Position numbers and translations under genes: made by a program. This document shows positions 1-9,500 of a DNA stretch of 64,000 nt, piece after piece (within the stretch, counting starts at the first letter, position 1; every line of letters begins with the position of its first letter). The notes under the pieces were generated by a model. The model had not been told where the DNA came from. It made no database searches and saw nothing but the letters and a program-made list of their open reading frames with translations. Location of the stretch: positions 8,904-72,903 of the forward strand of contig JANPBM010000044.1 of NCBI GenBank assembly GCA_031430435.1, written 5' to 3'. This DNA comes from Acidobacteriota bacterium. Lineage in GTDB: Bacteria > Acidobacteriota > Blastocatellia > Pyrinomonadales > Pyrinomonadaceae.

Positions 1-42
1 CATTTGTTATCAAACAATATCATTTCAGATTAGGAAAAAACT

Positions 43-2094
43 ATGAGCTATCGTTTAGGAATTGATGTCGGCGGCACATTTACGGATTTACTTTTATTTA
101 ACAACGAAACGGGCGAAATGAAGTTGGAAAAAACTCCTTCTACGCCTGCCGACCAGTCAATCGGAATTTTGGAAGGAATCAGAAAAATTGTCGAACGCAA
201 CGGCATTGATGCCAACGAAATTGATTTGATTCTGCATGGGACGACCGTGGCGACCAACGCCGTTTTAGAAGAAAAAGGCGCGTTGGTCGGTTTGATCACG
301 ACCAAAGGCTTTGAGCAGATTCTGCACGTTGCCCGTTCGCAAACGCCGGGACCGCTCGCGGGTTGGATTATTATGCAAAAGCCGGATCCGCTTGCTCCGC
401 TTTATTTAACTCGCGGCGTTTCGTGCCGAACAACGGCGAAAGGCGTAGAAACTTCGCCGATTGACGAGCCGGAAGTTCGAGGTTTTATCCAAGATTTGCA
501 CGATGCCGGAATCGAAGCGTTGACTGTTTCGCTGATAAATTCTTTTGCAAGCAATGTTCACGAACGTCGAATACGCGATATTGCGGCTGAGATGTTTCCC
601 GAATTGCCCGTCACGATTTCAACTGATATTTTGCCCGAATTCCGCGAATACGAACGTTGTTTGACAACCGTCATGAATTCGTATGTCCGCCCGAAAATGG
701 CAAATTATTTGAAAGGAATCCAAGACAAACTTGCGGATGCAAAGATTGAGACAACCGTCAACATTGTTCGTTCCGACGGCGGCGTAATGTCAATCGAAGC
801 CGCGAAAAAGTCTCCCGTCAATACTTTGCTGTCGGGACCTTCGGGCGGTGCGGTGGCGGCGGCATATATCGGCGAACTTGCAGGTTTTGAAAAAGTTTTG
901 GGCTTTGATATGGGCGGAACTTCGACCGATGTTTGCGTAACAATGGGCGGACACCCGAATCTTGTCCGTGAAACTCGGGTCGGTTATTATCCGGTCAAAG
1001 CGTCTTCGGTTGACGTGCGGACGGTCGGTGCCGGCGGCGGCTCGATTGCGCATGTCCCGATGACGGGAGCATTGCGGGTCGGACCGCAATCAGCCGGAGC
1101 GGATCCGGGACCTGCGGCGTATCAAAAAGGCGGTGCAGAACCGACTGTTACGGATGCCAACGTCGTGCTTGGACACCTTCCGCCGCGATTACTGGGCGGA
1201 GAGATGTCGCTTGACGTTGAAGCCGCGAGAAACGCCGTAAAGAAGATTGCCGACACACTCGACTTATCGATTGAAGCCGCCGCGCAAGGAATTTTGGATA
1301 TTGTCAACGAAAATATGTTTGGAGCATTACGGCTTGTGTCGGTGCAACGCGGACTCGACCCGCGCGATTTTGCATTGGTCGCATTCGGTGGAGCGGGACC
1401 GCTTCACGGTAATTCTTTGTCAAAACTTTGCGGTTCGTATCCGTGTATTTCGCCGCCGACTCCGGGCGTTTTGTCCGCACTCGGATTTTTGCATTCAGAC
1501 ATCCGCAACGAATTTTCGCAAACAATGATTCGTGAACTCGAAAAGATCGACAGCAAAGAGTTTGGCGAAATTTTTGAAGTTATCGGCGGTGAAGCAACCG
1601 CCTGGCTTGACGGTGAAGAAATCGCCAAAGACCGGCAAAAACTCAGTTACCAAGTCGATGTGCGATATTATCGGCAAGGGTTTGAATTTCCGATTACGGT
1701 AACGCCCGATCAATTTGCGGCTGCCGCCGGAAAAGCAAAATTTATTGCCGATTTCAAAGAATTGCACGAAAAAAATTACGGTTTTAATATCGAATCGCCG
1801 ATTGAAATTGTCAATCTTCGCTGCGTCGGCGTTGGAATTGTCCGCAAAGTCGAATTGCCTGAATTTGAAAGCGGCGACGAAAATGCAGACAGCGCAAAAT
1901 ACGAAAATCATACCGCGTGGTTTGACGGAAAGCATTTAGAGACACCGATTTACGACCGTGAAAAACTTCGGGCAGGACATAAACTGGCAGGTCCGGCAAT
2001 CATTACGCAAAAAGATTCGACGACCGTTATTTTACCGAATCATCACGGCAAAGTTGACACATATTTGAATATTTTGATTTACCCGAATGTGTAA
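43..2094 (+). CDS. Hydantoinase/oxoprolinase family protein (HyuA/OplA N-methylhydantoinase A-like)
   Basis: N-terminus MSYRLGIDVGGTFTDLLL (ASKHA-fold glycine-rich ATP motif) and a second FDMGGTSTD motif typical of hydantoinase A; 683 aa. Confidence 0.8.
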   Translation: MSYRLGIDVGGTFTDLLLFNNETGEMKLEKTPSTPADQSIGILEGIRKIVERNGIDANEIDLILHGTTVATNAVLEEKGALVGLITTKGFEQILHVARSQTPGPLAGWIIMQKPDPLAPLYLTRGVSCRTTAKGVETSPIDEPEVRGFIQDLHDAGIEALTVSLINSFASNVHERRIRDIAAEMFPELPVTISTDILPEFREYERCLTTVMNSYVRPKMANYLKGIQDKLADAKIETTVNIVRSDGGVMSIEAAKKSPVNTLLSGPSGGAVAAAYIGELAGFEKVLGFDMGGTSTDVCVTMGGHPNLVRETRVGYYPVKASSVDVRTVGAGGGSIAHVPMTGALRVGPQSAGADPGPAAYQKGGAEPTVTDANVVLGHLPPRLLGGEMSLDVEAARNAVKKIADTLDLSIEAAAQGILDIVNENMFGALRLVSVQRGLDPRDFALVAFGGAGPLHGNSLSKLCGSYPCISPPTPGVLSALGFLHSDIRNEFSQTMIRELEKIDSKEFGEIFEVIGGEATAWLDGEEIAKDRQKLSYQVDVRYYRQGFEFPITVTPDQFAAAAGKAKFIADFKELHEKNYGFNIESPIEIVNLRCVGVGIVRKVELPEFESGDENADSAKYENHTAWFDGKHLETPIYDREKLRAGHKLAGPAIITQKDSTTVILPNHHGKVDTYLNILIYPNV

Positions 2095-2116
2095 ATTCGA
2101 GTTATTTGGAATTTGA

Positions 2117-2160
2117 AAAGCAAAAAGCGAATCGCCTTATACGCAGTTTGCTTTTTTACC
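2117..2160 (+). terminator. Possible intrinsic terminator after hyuA-like gene (AAAGCAAA...TTTGCTTTTTT)
   Basis: 9-bp inverted repeat AAAAGCAAA/TTTGCTTTT with a large loop, followed by a T-run. The loop is long, so this is weak. Confidence 0.3.
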
Positions 2161-2182
2161 GTTTTGACGCAAGAATCTGTTA

Positions 2183-2998
2183 ATGACAACCTTTTTGGAC
2201 AAATCTTTTTCGCAAAAAATCGAACGCGCCGAAGCAAAAACAAACGCCGATTTTGTTGAAACAAGGCATTTGATTCAACCCGAAACAAATGCCGGTTGGA
2301 TTAAAGTCGGCGGCGTTTATGCGATGTTCGACGGCGTTCAGTCACCGTTGACACAAACCTTCGGGCTTGGTCTTTTTAATGAAATCACCGATCTCGAAAT
2401 GGACGAAATCGAATCGTTTTTCAAACAATTCGACGCACCGGTTTATCACGAAGTTTCGCCGTTGGCAGATGCTTCTATTTTAGAATTGCTCAATCAACGC
2501 GACTATCAGCCGTTTGAGTTGACAAATATTTTATACAAAAATCTTGCCGCCGAAAACTCGCCGATTTTGCCGAAAAATCCAAACATTTCAACGCGGATTA
2601 TCAACCGAAACGAGACTGATATTTTTGCCGAAACTTCGGTCGCGGGTTGGAGTGTCGAGATGCCCGAATTTGCGGAATTCGGATTGGAATTTTGTAAAAT
2701 CGGAGCGCTGTGCAAAGGCGCAAACCCTTTTATCGCCGAACTTGACGGCGAACCGATTGCCACGGGTTCGCTGACGATTTACGATGATTTGGCGATGCTC
2801 GGCGGTGCAAGCACGATTGCCGAAGGTCGCAACAAAGGAGCTCAAACCGCCTTGCTCGCGGCACGTTTGAGTTATGCAACCGAAAAAGACTGTAAATTTG
2901 CGATTATGGGAGCATCGCCCGGCAGTCAATCGCAACGAAACGCCGAGAAAAACGGCTTTCGTGTGGCATACACGCGGACAAAATGGCGGTTGAAATAA
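2183..2998 (+). CDS. GNAT-like acetyltransferase (tentative)
   Basis: C-terminal segment AEGRNKGAQTALLAARLSYATEKDCKFAIMGASPGSQSQRNAEKNGF resembles the GNAT acetyl-CoA binding core. No strong motif elsewhere. Confidence 0.35.
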   Translation: MTTFLDKSFSQKIERAEAKTNADFVETRHLIQPETNAGWIKVGGVYAMFDGVQSPLTQTFGLGLFNEITDLEMDEIESFFKQFDAPVYHEVSPLADASILELLNQRDYQPFELTNILYKNLAAENSPILPKNPNISTRIINRNETDIFAETSVAGWSVEMPEFAEFGLEFCKIGALCKGANPFIAELDGEPIATGSLTIYDDLAMLGGASTIAEGRNKGAQTALLAARLSYATEKDCKFAIMGASPGSQSQRNAEKNGFRVAYTRTKWRLK

Positions 2999-3002
2999 AT
3001 TT

Positions 3003-4025
3003 ATGGAAAGCTATCGAGCAATTGCTCTGCAAACAAAATGTGTCGCGGTAAATCAAGCGAAAAATCGGACTGAAGCAAACGAAATAATGTCGCAAACAAT
3101 CGAGCGTTTGGCAAAGCAGATCTTTGCGAGCATTGCGTTTATCGGTTTCGACACAAAACTTGTCGTCTTGCCCGAATACTTTTTAACGAGTTTTCCGCTC
3201 GGTGAAACAATCGACGAATGGCGTGAAAAAGCGTGCCTTGAAATTGACGGCGAAATTTACGAAAAACTTTCTGAAATCGCTCAAGAACGCAAAATTTATC
3301 TGAGCGGAAACGCTTACGAACTCGATAAAAACTTTCCCGAACTTTATTTTCAAACCTCTTTTATTATTGCTCCGAACGGCGAAGTTATTTTGCGGTATCG
3401 CCGTTTAGTTTCAATGTTTGCCCCGACTCCGCACGATGTTTGGGACAAATATCTGGACATTTACGGACTCGAAGGCGTTTTTCCCGTGGCGAAAACCGAC
3501 ATCGGCAATCTCGCCTGCGTCGCATCCGAAGAAATTCTTTATCCCGAAATTGCGAGATGCTTGGCGATGCGCGGAGCAGAAGTTTTTTGTCATTCGTCGT
3601 CGGAAATTTTCGGACAGGAAAATACGCCGAAGAATGTGGCGAAACTTGCCCGCAGTTACGAAAATACGGCTTATGTTGTTTCGGCAAATTCAGCGGGAAT
3701 TGCCGATATTTCGATTCCCGAAAATTCGACCGACGGCGGCTCGAAAATAGTTGATTACAAAGGTTTAATCATTGCCGAAACAGGTCAGGGCGAATCCATC
3801 AACGCCTTTGCCGAAATAGATTTAGCGGCACTTCGCCGAAACCGCAGACGTGCCGGAATGGCAAATATTTTATCGCGTCAACGCTTTGAACTTTACGCCG
3901 AAAGTTATGCGAAACATTCGTTTTATCCGCCGAATACTTTGCTGACTAAAAAAGCGGAGCGTTCACATTTTGTCGAAACACAGAAAGGTGTGATTGAAAA
4001 ACTAGCCGAAAAAGAGTTAATCTAA
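3003..4025 (+). CDS. Carbon-nitrogen hydrolase (nitrilase superfamily) protein
   Basis: Catalytic-triad context: VVLPEYF (Glu) and IGNLACVASEEILYPE (Cys). It starts 4 nt after the preceding stop, so it is probably co-transcribed with the upstream genes. Confidence 0.7.
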   Translation: MESYRAIALQTKCVAVNQAKNRTEANEIMSQTIERLAKQIFASIAFIGFDTKLVVLPEYFLTSFPLGETIDEWREKACLEIDGEIYEKLSEIAQERKIYLSGNAYELDKNFPELYFQTSFIIAPNGEVILRYRRLVSMFAPTPHDVWDKYLDIYGLEGVFPVAKTDIGNLACVASEEILYPEIARCLAMRGAEVFCHSSSEIFGQENTPKNVAKLARSYENTAYVVSANSAGIADISIPENSTDGGSKIVDYKGLIIAETGQGESINAFAEIDLAALRRNRRRAGMANILSRQRFELYAESYAKHSFYPPNTLLTKKAERSHFVETQKGVIEKLAEKELI

Positions 4026-4031
4026 ATAGCT

Positions 4032-4730
4032 ATGAAGACAAATAAACAAATACTTTCTTTGGTGTGTTTTTTGACATTTTTTGCTGTTTCAGGTTCTGCT
4101 CAAACCCTTAAAATTGCCGAGTATTACCAACTGAAAAGTGGTAACAAATGGAATTATATTGCTCCGCCGACGTGGAAAGGCGATTATGTTTCGCAGATGG
4201 AAACGGGCAGTGATTTTCGCACCGAAGGTAAAAACTATTCGACTATTTCACATTTCGACGCAACCAAAGCCGCGAAGATATTGACGTTTGTCAAAGGAAA
4301 AGGCATTTTTTATTTCGGCGAAAATTTTGCCGATAAAACATTTGTGCGTTTTGACGCGCCGCAAATTTGGTTTCCCGAAAAAGTAAAAATCGGAGCGGAA
4401 ACAAAAATCGAAACGCCTTTTACACGAACGCTGACGGACGGAAAAACTAATCGCGGGACTTATACGCTCAAACAAAAATATGTTTCCGAAGAAGATGTAA
4501 AAGTTACGGCGGGCGAATTTAAAAAATGTTTGCGGATTGAATCCGAGTCGTTTTGGGATTTGGGCGACGGCAAAAAAGCCCGCACCGTCAGCATTTATCA
4601 TTACGCGAAAAATGTCGGCGTGGTCAAGGCTTCGGCGAGATTTATTATCATCAATGCCGAAGGAAAAGAAACTGTAAATCGTTTAGTTGAAACAGATTTG
4701 AAGAGTTATAGAGTGAGTAAGCAAAAGTAG
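4032..4730 (+). CDS. Hypothetical secreted protein (signal peptide)
   Basis: N-terminus MKTNKQILSLVCFLTFFAVSGSAQ is signal-peptide like. No recognisable domain. Confidence 0.45.
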   Translation: MKTNKQILSLVCFLTFFAVSGSAQTLKIAEYYQLKSGNKWNYIAPPTWKGDYVSQMETGSDFRTEGKNYSTISHFDATKAAKILTFVKGKGIFYFGENFADKTFVRFDAPQIWFPEKVKIGAETKIETPFTRTLTDGKTNRGTYTLKQKYVSEEDVKVTAGEFKKCLRIESESFWDLGDGKKARTVSIYHYAKNVGVVKASARFIIINAEGKETVNRLVETDLKSYRVSKQK

Positions 4731-4765
4731 TCGATGATTTATTTCGCTTTCCGTTGTGTCGGAAA

Positions 4766-5536
4766 TTAAACTAAATCTTTTTTCGCGGCGACAATCACGA
4801 TTGAAACACCGAACGGAAAGTTTGCTTTATTCAACCAATACTTTTCCGCACTGAAAATCTTGCCGAAAATACCGTTTAATGCCGAAATGTTGACGTTATT
4901 TTCGGATTCGGGTTTGATGCCCGTAACTTTCATCAAAAATCTGCCAAGCAGAATCGGCAGAAAAAACGTGATGTTCGCATAAGTTGACCGTTCAATTTTA
5001 AAACCTGCGGCGTTTAACCGTTCGACAATTTGTTCGCGTGTGTAACGAATGCGATGGTTTGAAATATCGTCCTGCACGCCCCACAGCCACATAAACGCGG
5101 GAACAAAAATCAATGTCTTGCCGTCCGATTTCAAAACACGGTTCATTTCCTTTAAACCTGCGATGTCGTCGTCCAAGTGTTCGACCACATCCAACGCCGT
5201 CACTAAATCAAACGATTCATCGGCAAACGGCAGACTTTCAGCCAATCCTTTATGAACCTGCAAACCTTTCAGTTTGCAAAATTCGAGCGCGTCGTCGGAA
5301 ACATCAACGCCTTCCGCATCGCCGAATTGAGCGAGCATTTCAAGATTCGCGCCTGTTCCGCAACCAACATCCAGAATGGTAAATGGTGAATGCCGAATGG
5401 TGAAGGCTGAACAAATTTGCGAAAGAAAACTTTCGAGAATCGCCCGCCGACCGACAAACCACCAATGCGAATCTTCGACATTGTTCATAATGCCGTAAGT
5501 GTGTTGTTCCATTTCCTTTGCGAGTTGTTGATTCAT
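4766..5536 (-). CDS. Class I SAM-dependent methyltransferase
   Basis: Motif I ILDVGCGTGANLEML and motif post-I GVDVSDDAL. Confidence 0.8.
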   Translation of the reverse strand: MNQQLAKEMEQHTYGIMNNVEDSHWWFVGRRAILESFLSQICSAFTIRHSPFTILDVGCGTGANLEMLAQFGDAEGVDVSDDALEFCKLKGLQVHKGLAESLPFADESFDLVTALDVVEHLDDDIAGLKEMNRVLKSDGKTLIFVPAFMWLWGVQDDISNHRIRYTREQIVERLNAAGFKIERSTYANITFFLPILLGRFLMKVTGIKPESENNVNISALNGIFGKIFSAEKYWLNKANFPFGVSIVIVAAKKDLV

Positions 5537-6090
5537 TTTGTTGCAATATATATTTCTACTTCCGAGTTTAATCCGTTTTGAGATTTTTCGCCATAAACTT
5601 CAAAATCATATGTATATTTTCTGTTTAAAGATTTATCGTTGCTCCAAATTTCCTGCCAAGTTTCAACTACCGCATTCGGCATTTCGCCTTTTGCCGAATA
5701 ATTTACAAAACTTTCGCCCGCAAATTCTCTGCCGCTTAAACCTTCGGGAACATTGTCGAGTGAATTTACTTTCAGCCCGATTATAGTTGTATATTTGCCC
5801 GTGAAATCGCTTTCGTAATCGGTGTAAATCGAATAAATCTCGTCACTTATTTTATTTTGAATTTGATCGGGAATGTTTTCGGCAAAGAATTTTGCCCAAA
5901 GTTGTCCTAAATCTGCGGCGGCTTTTCCGGCTTGATTGGTTGTTTCGGTTGATATTCCGATTATTTTGAAACTTTCTTTTTTAATCATTTGTGGTGCAAT
6001 ACTTTTGCGAGTATTTTGTTTTCTTATTGTAATTATATCCGATTCTTTCATCAATCCGGCTGTTTCTATTACTTTTTCATCTGATTTCAC
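5533..6090 (-). CDS. GyrI-like small-molecule binding domain protein
   Basis: The domain starts around MIKKESFKIIGISTETTN. The ORF-track start is a GTG, so the true start may be internal (about 5988 or 6051). The stop overlaps the methyltransferase start by 4 nt. Confidence 0.45.
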   Translation of the reverse strand: MKSDEKVIETAGLMKESDIITIRKQNTRKSIAPQMIKKESFKIIGISTETTNQAGKAAADLGQLWAKFFAENIPDQIQNKISDEIYSIYTDYESDFTGKYTTIIGLKVNSLDNVPEGLSGREFAGESFVNYSAKGEMPNAVVETWQEIWSNDKSLNRKYTYDFEVYGEKSQNGLNSEVEIYIATK

Positions 6091-6265
6091 TTACATTATT
6101 TTAACTGAAAAGATTATTTAAGAGTTACGCTTTTACGCGTGAGCAACCTCAGAATCAACTTGGCAGAATTACATTTTTACACAAACTTTCTGACACCCTC
6201 GGTTGGCAGTAAATGAGTGTAAATAAACAGCAGTTTGAAAGCATTTTTATATCAGATTGATTTTA

Positions 6266-6312
6266 TGAAATAAAAGCAGTCAGTCGAATTTCTTCAACTG
6301 ACTGCTAACAAT
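6266..6312 (-). terminator. Rho-independent terminator downstream of the sucA operon (minus strand)
   Basis: Perfect 9-bp inverted repeat GCAGTCAGT(6276-6284)/ACTGACTGC(6297-6305) with a 12-nt loop. On the minus strand it is followed by TTTTATTTCAT. Confidence 0.6.
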
Positions 6313-6353
6313 TACAAATGAATCGTCAAATCGTGAACACCTTTGCTTACTTA

Positions 6354-6542
6354 CTACAATCTGTCAAAATCTTCCGCTTCAATATCAGGTGCTTTGGCTA
6401 AAATTTCGCGTGCTTTTTCCCAATCGCCATTTTTTGCACGTACGGCAAATTTTTTGCCAACATTCCAACTTGAAACTTGGCTTGCTAACGCCAACGAGAT
6501 AAATTCGTCAGAAGTTATTTCTTCACTTTCGTTATTGTTCAT
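6354..6542 (-). CDS. Small hypothetical protein (62 aa) co-transcribed with sucA
   Basis: The ORF begins 4 nt after the sucA stop on the same strand and is followed by a terminator. It is acidic and has no recognisable domain. Confidence 0.3.
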   Translation of the reverse strand: MNNNESEEITSDEFISLALASQVSSWNVGKKFAVRAKNGDWEKAREILAKAPDIEAEDFDRL

Positions 6543-6546
6543 TCTC

Positions 6547-9500
6547 TTAAACCGTCAACGCTTCCCCAACCAATTTCGCCTGCTCCAAATTATGAATCGC
6601 GTAACTTCCCGTCGCGGGCGATGCCGACGCAACGCGACCGACAAATTCAAAGCTCATTTTGCCTTTAATTTCATCCAATCGCGGACGGACAAAAACCCAG
6701 CCGCCCATATTTCGCGGTTCTTCTTGGCACCAAATTAACGATGTTGCGTTTTTATATTTCGCAAAAACCTCTTGTAATTTAGCTTTCGGGAACGGATAAA
6801 ATTGTTCTAGCCTGACGACTGCTACGTTTTCGTTTTTCGCTTTTTCCAAATCGTAGAATACTTTTCCGCTTGCTACAACAATGCGTTTTACTTTTGAAAC
6901 ATCGGCGTTGGCATCATCGATTACGGGTTGAAAACCGCCGTTGGTTAAATCGGCAACGGTTGAGCTTGCTTCCGGTAAACGCAATAAACTCTTTGGTGTC
7001 ATCACAATCAGCGGTCGGACGATTTCTTGTTTTGCTTGTCGCCGCAGAAGATGAAAATAATTTGCGGGCGTGGTCGGGTTGCAAACTTGCAGATTATTTT
7101 CCGCACAAAGTTGTAAAAATCTCTCTAATCTGGCGGACGAATGTTCGGGACCTTGACCTTCGTAGCCGTGCGGCAGCAACAACACAACCGGACTTCTTTG
7201 CTTCCATTTATCTTCGGATGACGAAATATATTGGTCGATTATAACTTGGGCGCCGTTCGCAAAATCGCCGAACTGAGCTTCCCAAATCGTCAGCGAATCG
7301 GGCGAGATTACCGAATATCCATACTCAAAACCGAGAACGCCTTGCTCTGAAAGTGAGCTGTCAAAAACATAAAATCTCGCTTTCGGGTTCGCTTCATTGC
7401 GGATTTCACTGAGCGGCAGCCAGCGTTCGCCCGTAATCGTGTCATACATACTCGCGTGGCGATGCGAAAATGTGCCGCGTCCCGAATCTTGTCCGCTAAG
7501 TCTGACAGGCGTGCCTTCCGAAACCAGCGAACCAAACGCGATTGCTTCGGCAAATCCCCAATCCATCGGTACTTCGCCTGTTCCCATTTTCGCCCGTTTT
7601 GCCAGTTGCCCGACCATTTTCGGGTTGATTTGAAAACCTTCCGGCACAAGCGAAATTTTGTCGGAAACTTGACGCAAAACTTCCGTTGAAATTGACGTAT
7701 CCAAGATGTTTGAACCGTCTTCGTCAACGGTTGGTTCGTGCAAAACTGCCTTCACAGGTTTATCGGCGACAATTTGTTTGACACGTTTCAAAATGTCTTC
7801 ATATTTCGCTACAACCGTGTCTGTCATCTCTTTATGACTCGTTTCGTCAATCACTTTTTCGCGGATAAGTTGTTGTGCGTAAAGATGTTGCACGCCGGGA
7901 TGATTTTTAACTTTGGCATACATCACAGGTTGCGTATAGCTCGGTTCATCGCCTTCGTTGTGTCCGAGTTTGCGGAAACCGACCAAATCCATGACCACAT
8001 CTTTGTTAAATTCTTGCCGATAAGCAAGTGCGATTAAAATGACGCGAAACGCTGCTTCGGGATCGTCGCCGTTGATGTGAAAAATCGGCGTTTGCGTGAT
8101 TTGTGCGGCATCGGTCGAATAAATTGACGAACGCGATTCGCCCGGCGAAGTGGTGAAACCGATTTGATTATTGATGACAATATGAATTGTTCCGCCGGTT
8201 CTGTAACCGGTTAAATTCGCCAGTTGCAGCGTTTCCATCACGGTTCCTTGTCCCGCAAACGCCGCGTCGCCGTGCAATAAAACCGGCAAAACTTCGTCAA
8301 TTACGTCTTCTCTCGTCCGTTGCTGACCGTTGCGAAGTTCGTCTTGTTTTGCCCGAACCATTCCTTCAACCACAGGATTTACGAACTCTAAGTGCGACGG
8401 ATTACAGGCAAGCTGAATCCGTATGTCGTTGCCGTTTAGGGTTTTATGTTGTCCGATTGCTCCTTGGTGATATTTTACGTCGCCTTCGTCCGCCGGAAAA
8501 CTCGGATGTGCAGTTCCCTCGAAAATCGTAAAAATGCGTTCCGCCATCGACAAATCAACGATGTTGCAAAGCACATTCAAACGACCGCGATGAGCCATTC
8601 CGAGATAAATTTCGTTCACGCCGTTTGCCGAAGATTTTTCCACTAACTGATCCAACATCGGAATCAAAGTTTCACAACCTTCAAGCGAAAAACGCTTTTG
8701 TCCAAGGTATTTTTTGTGCAAAAATTGCTCAAATTGTTCGGCTTCGATCAGTTTATTGAGCAACGCTTTTTTCGTTTCAGCCGAAAGCGGTTCAAAATCT
8801 ACAAACTGTTGACGAATTTGCTCGCGAATCCATTCTTTTTCGCGTTTTTCTTGAATATGGCGATATTCGATACCGACTTTTCCGCAATATGCTTTCTGCA
8901 AAATGTCCAAAATTCGGCGAAGTGTCGCGGTTTTTTCGCCGTGCAAACCACCCGTGATAAACTCGCGGTCTAAATCCCAAATCGTCAACCCGAAATTGTC
9001 TAAATCAAGTTCGGCGGCGTGATGCGAAGTCATATTGAGCGGATCAATGTCTGCGAGAAGATGTCCGCGAATCCGATAAGCGTTGATCAATTGCAAAACA
9101 TTCGCTTGTTTTTCGATTTGTTCGCGGACGTGACCGCCGCCGAAAATTGCCGGATTATGGTCTTCCGAAAGCCGTAGCGGCGGATAATTTATCTCTAAAT
9201 CTTTGAAAATCGTGTCGAAAAAATTATGTTTGCCGATTAAAAATTCGTGAATCTTAGCAAGCAAAAGTCCGCTTTCCGCACCTTGAATAATGCGATGATC
9301 GTAGGTCGAAGTCATCGTCATTACTTTAGAAATGCCGATTTGCGAAAGTGCGGCGGCGGTCATTGCCTGATATTCGGCGGGATATTCGATTGCACCTGTG
9401 GCAATAATCACGCCTTGTCCCGCCATCAAACGCGGATTTGACGCAACCGTGCCGAGTGTTCCCGGATTTGTCAGCGAAATTGTCGTGCCTTGAAAATCCT

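Noticed and set aside
6195-6225. TTGGCAG-containing motif (CGGTTGGCAGTAAATGAGTGTAAATAAAC), considered as a sigma-54 promoter. A near-copy lies at 63079-63107.
   Set aside because: It lacks the GG-N10-GC -24/-12 spacing (no TTGC element). The second copy lies inside the signal-peptide coding region of the 62460..63143 gene, so the similarity is probably coincidental or a remnant. I could not link it to a function.
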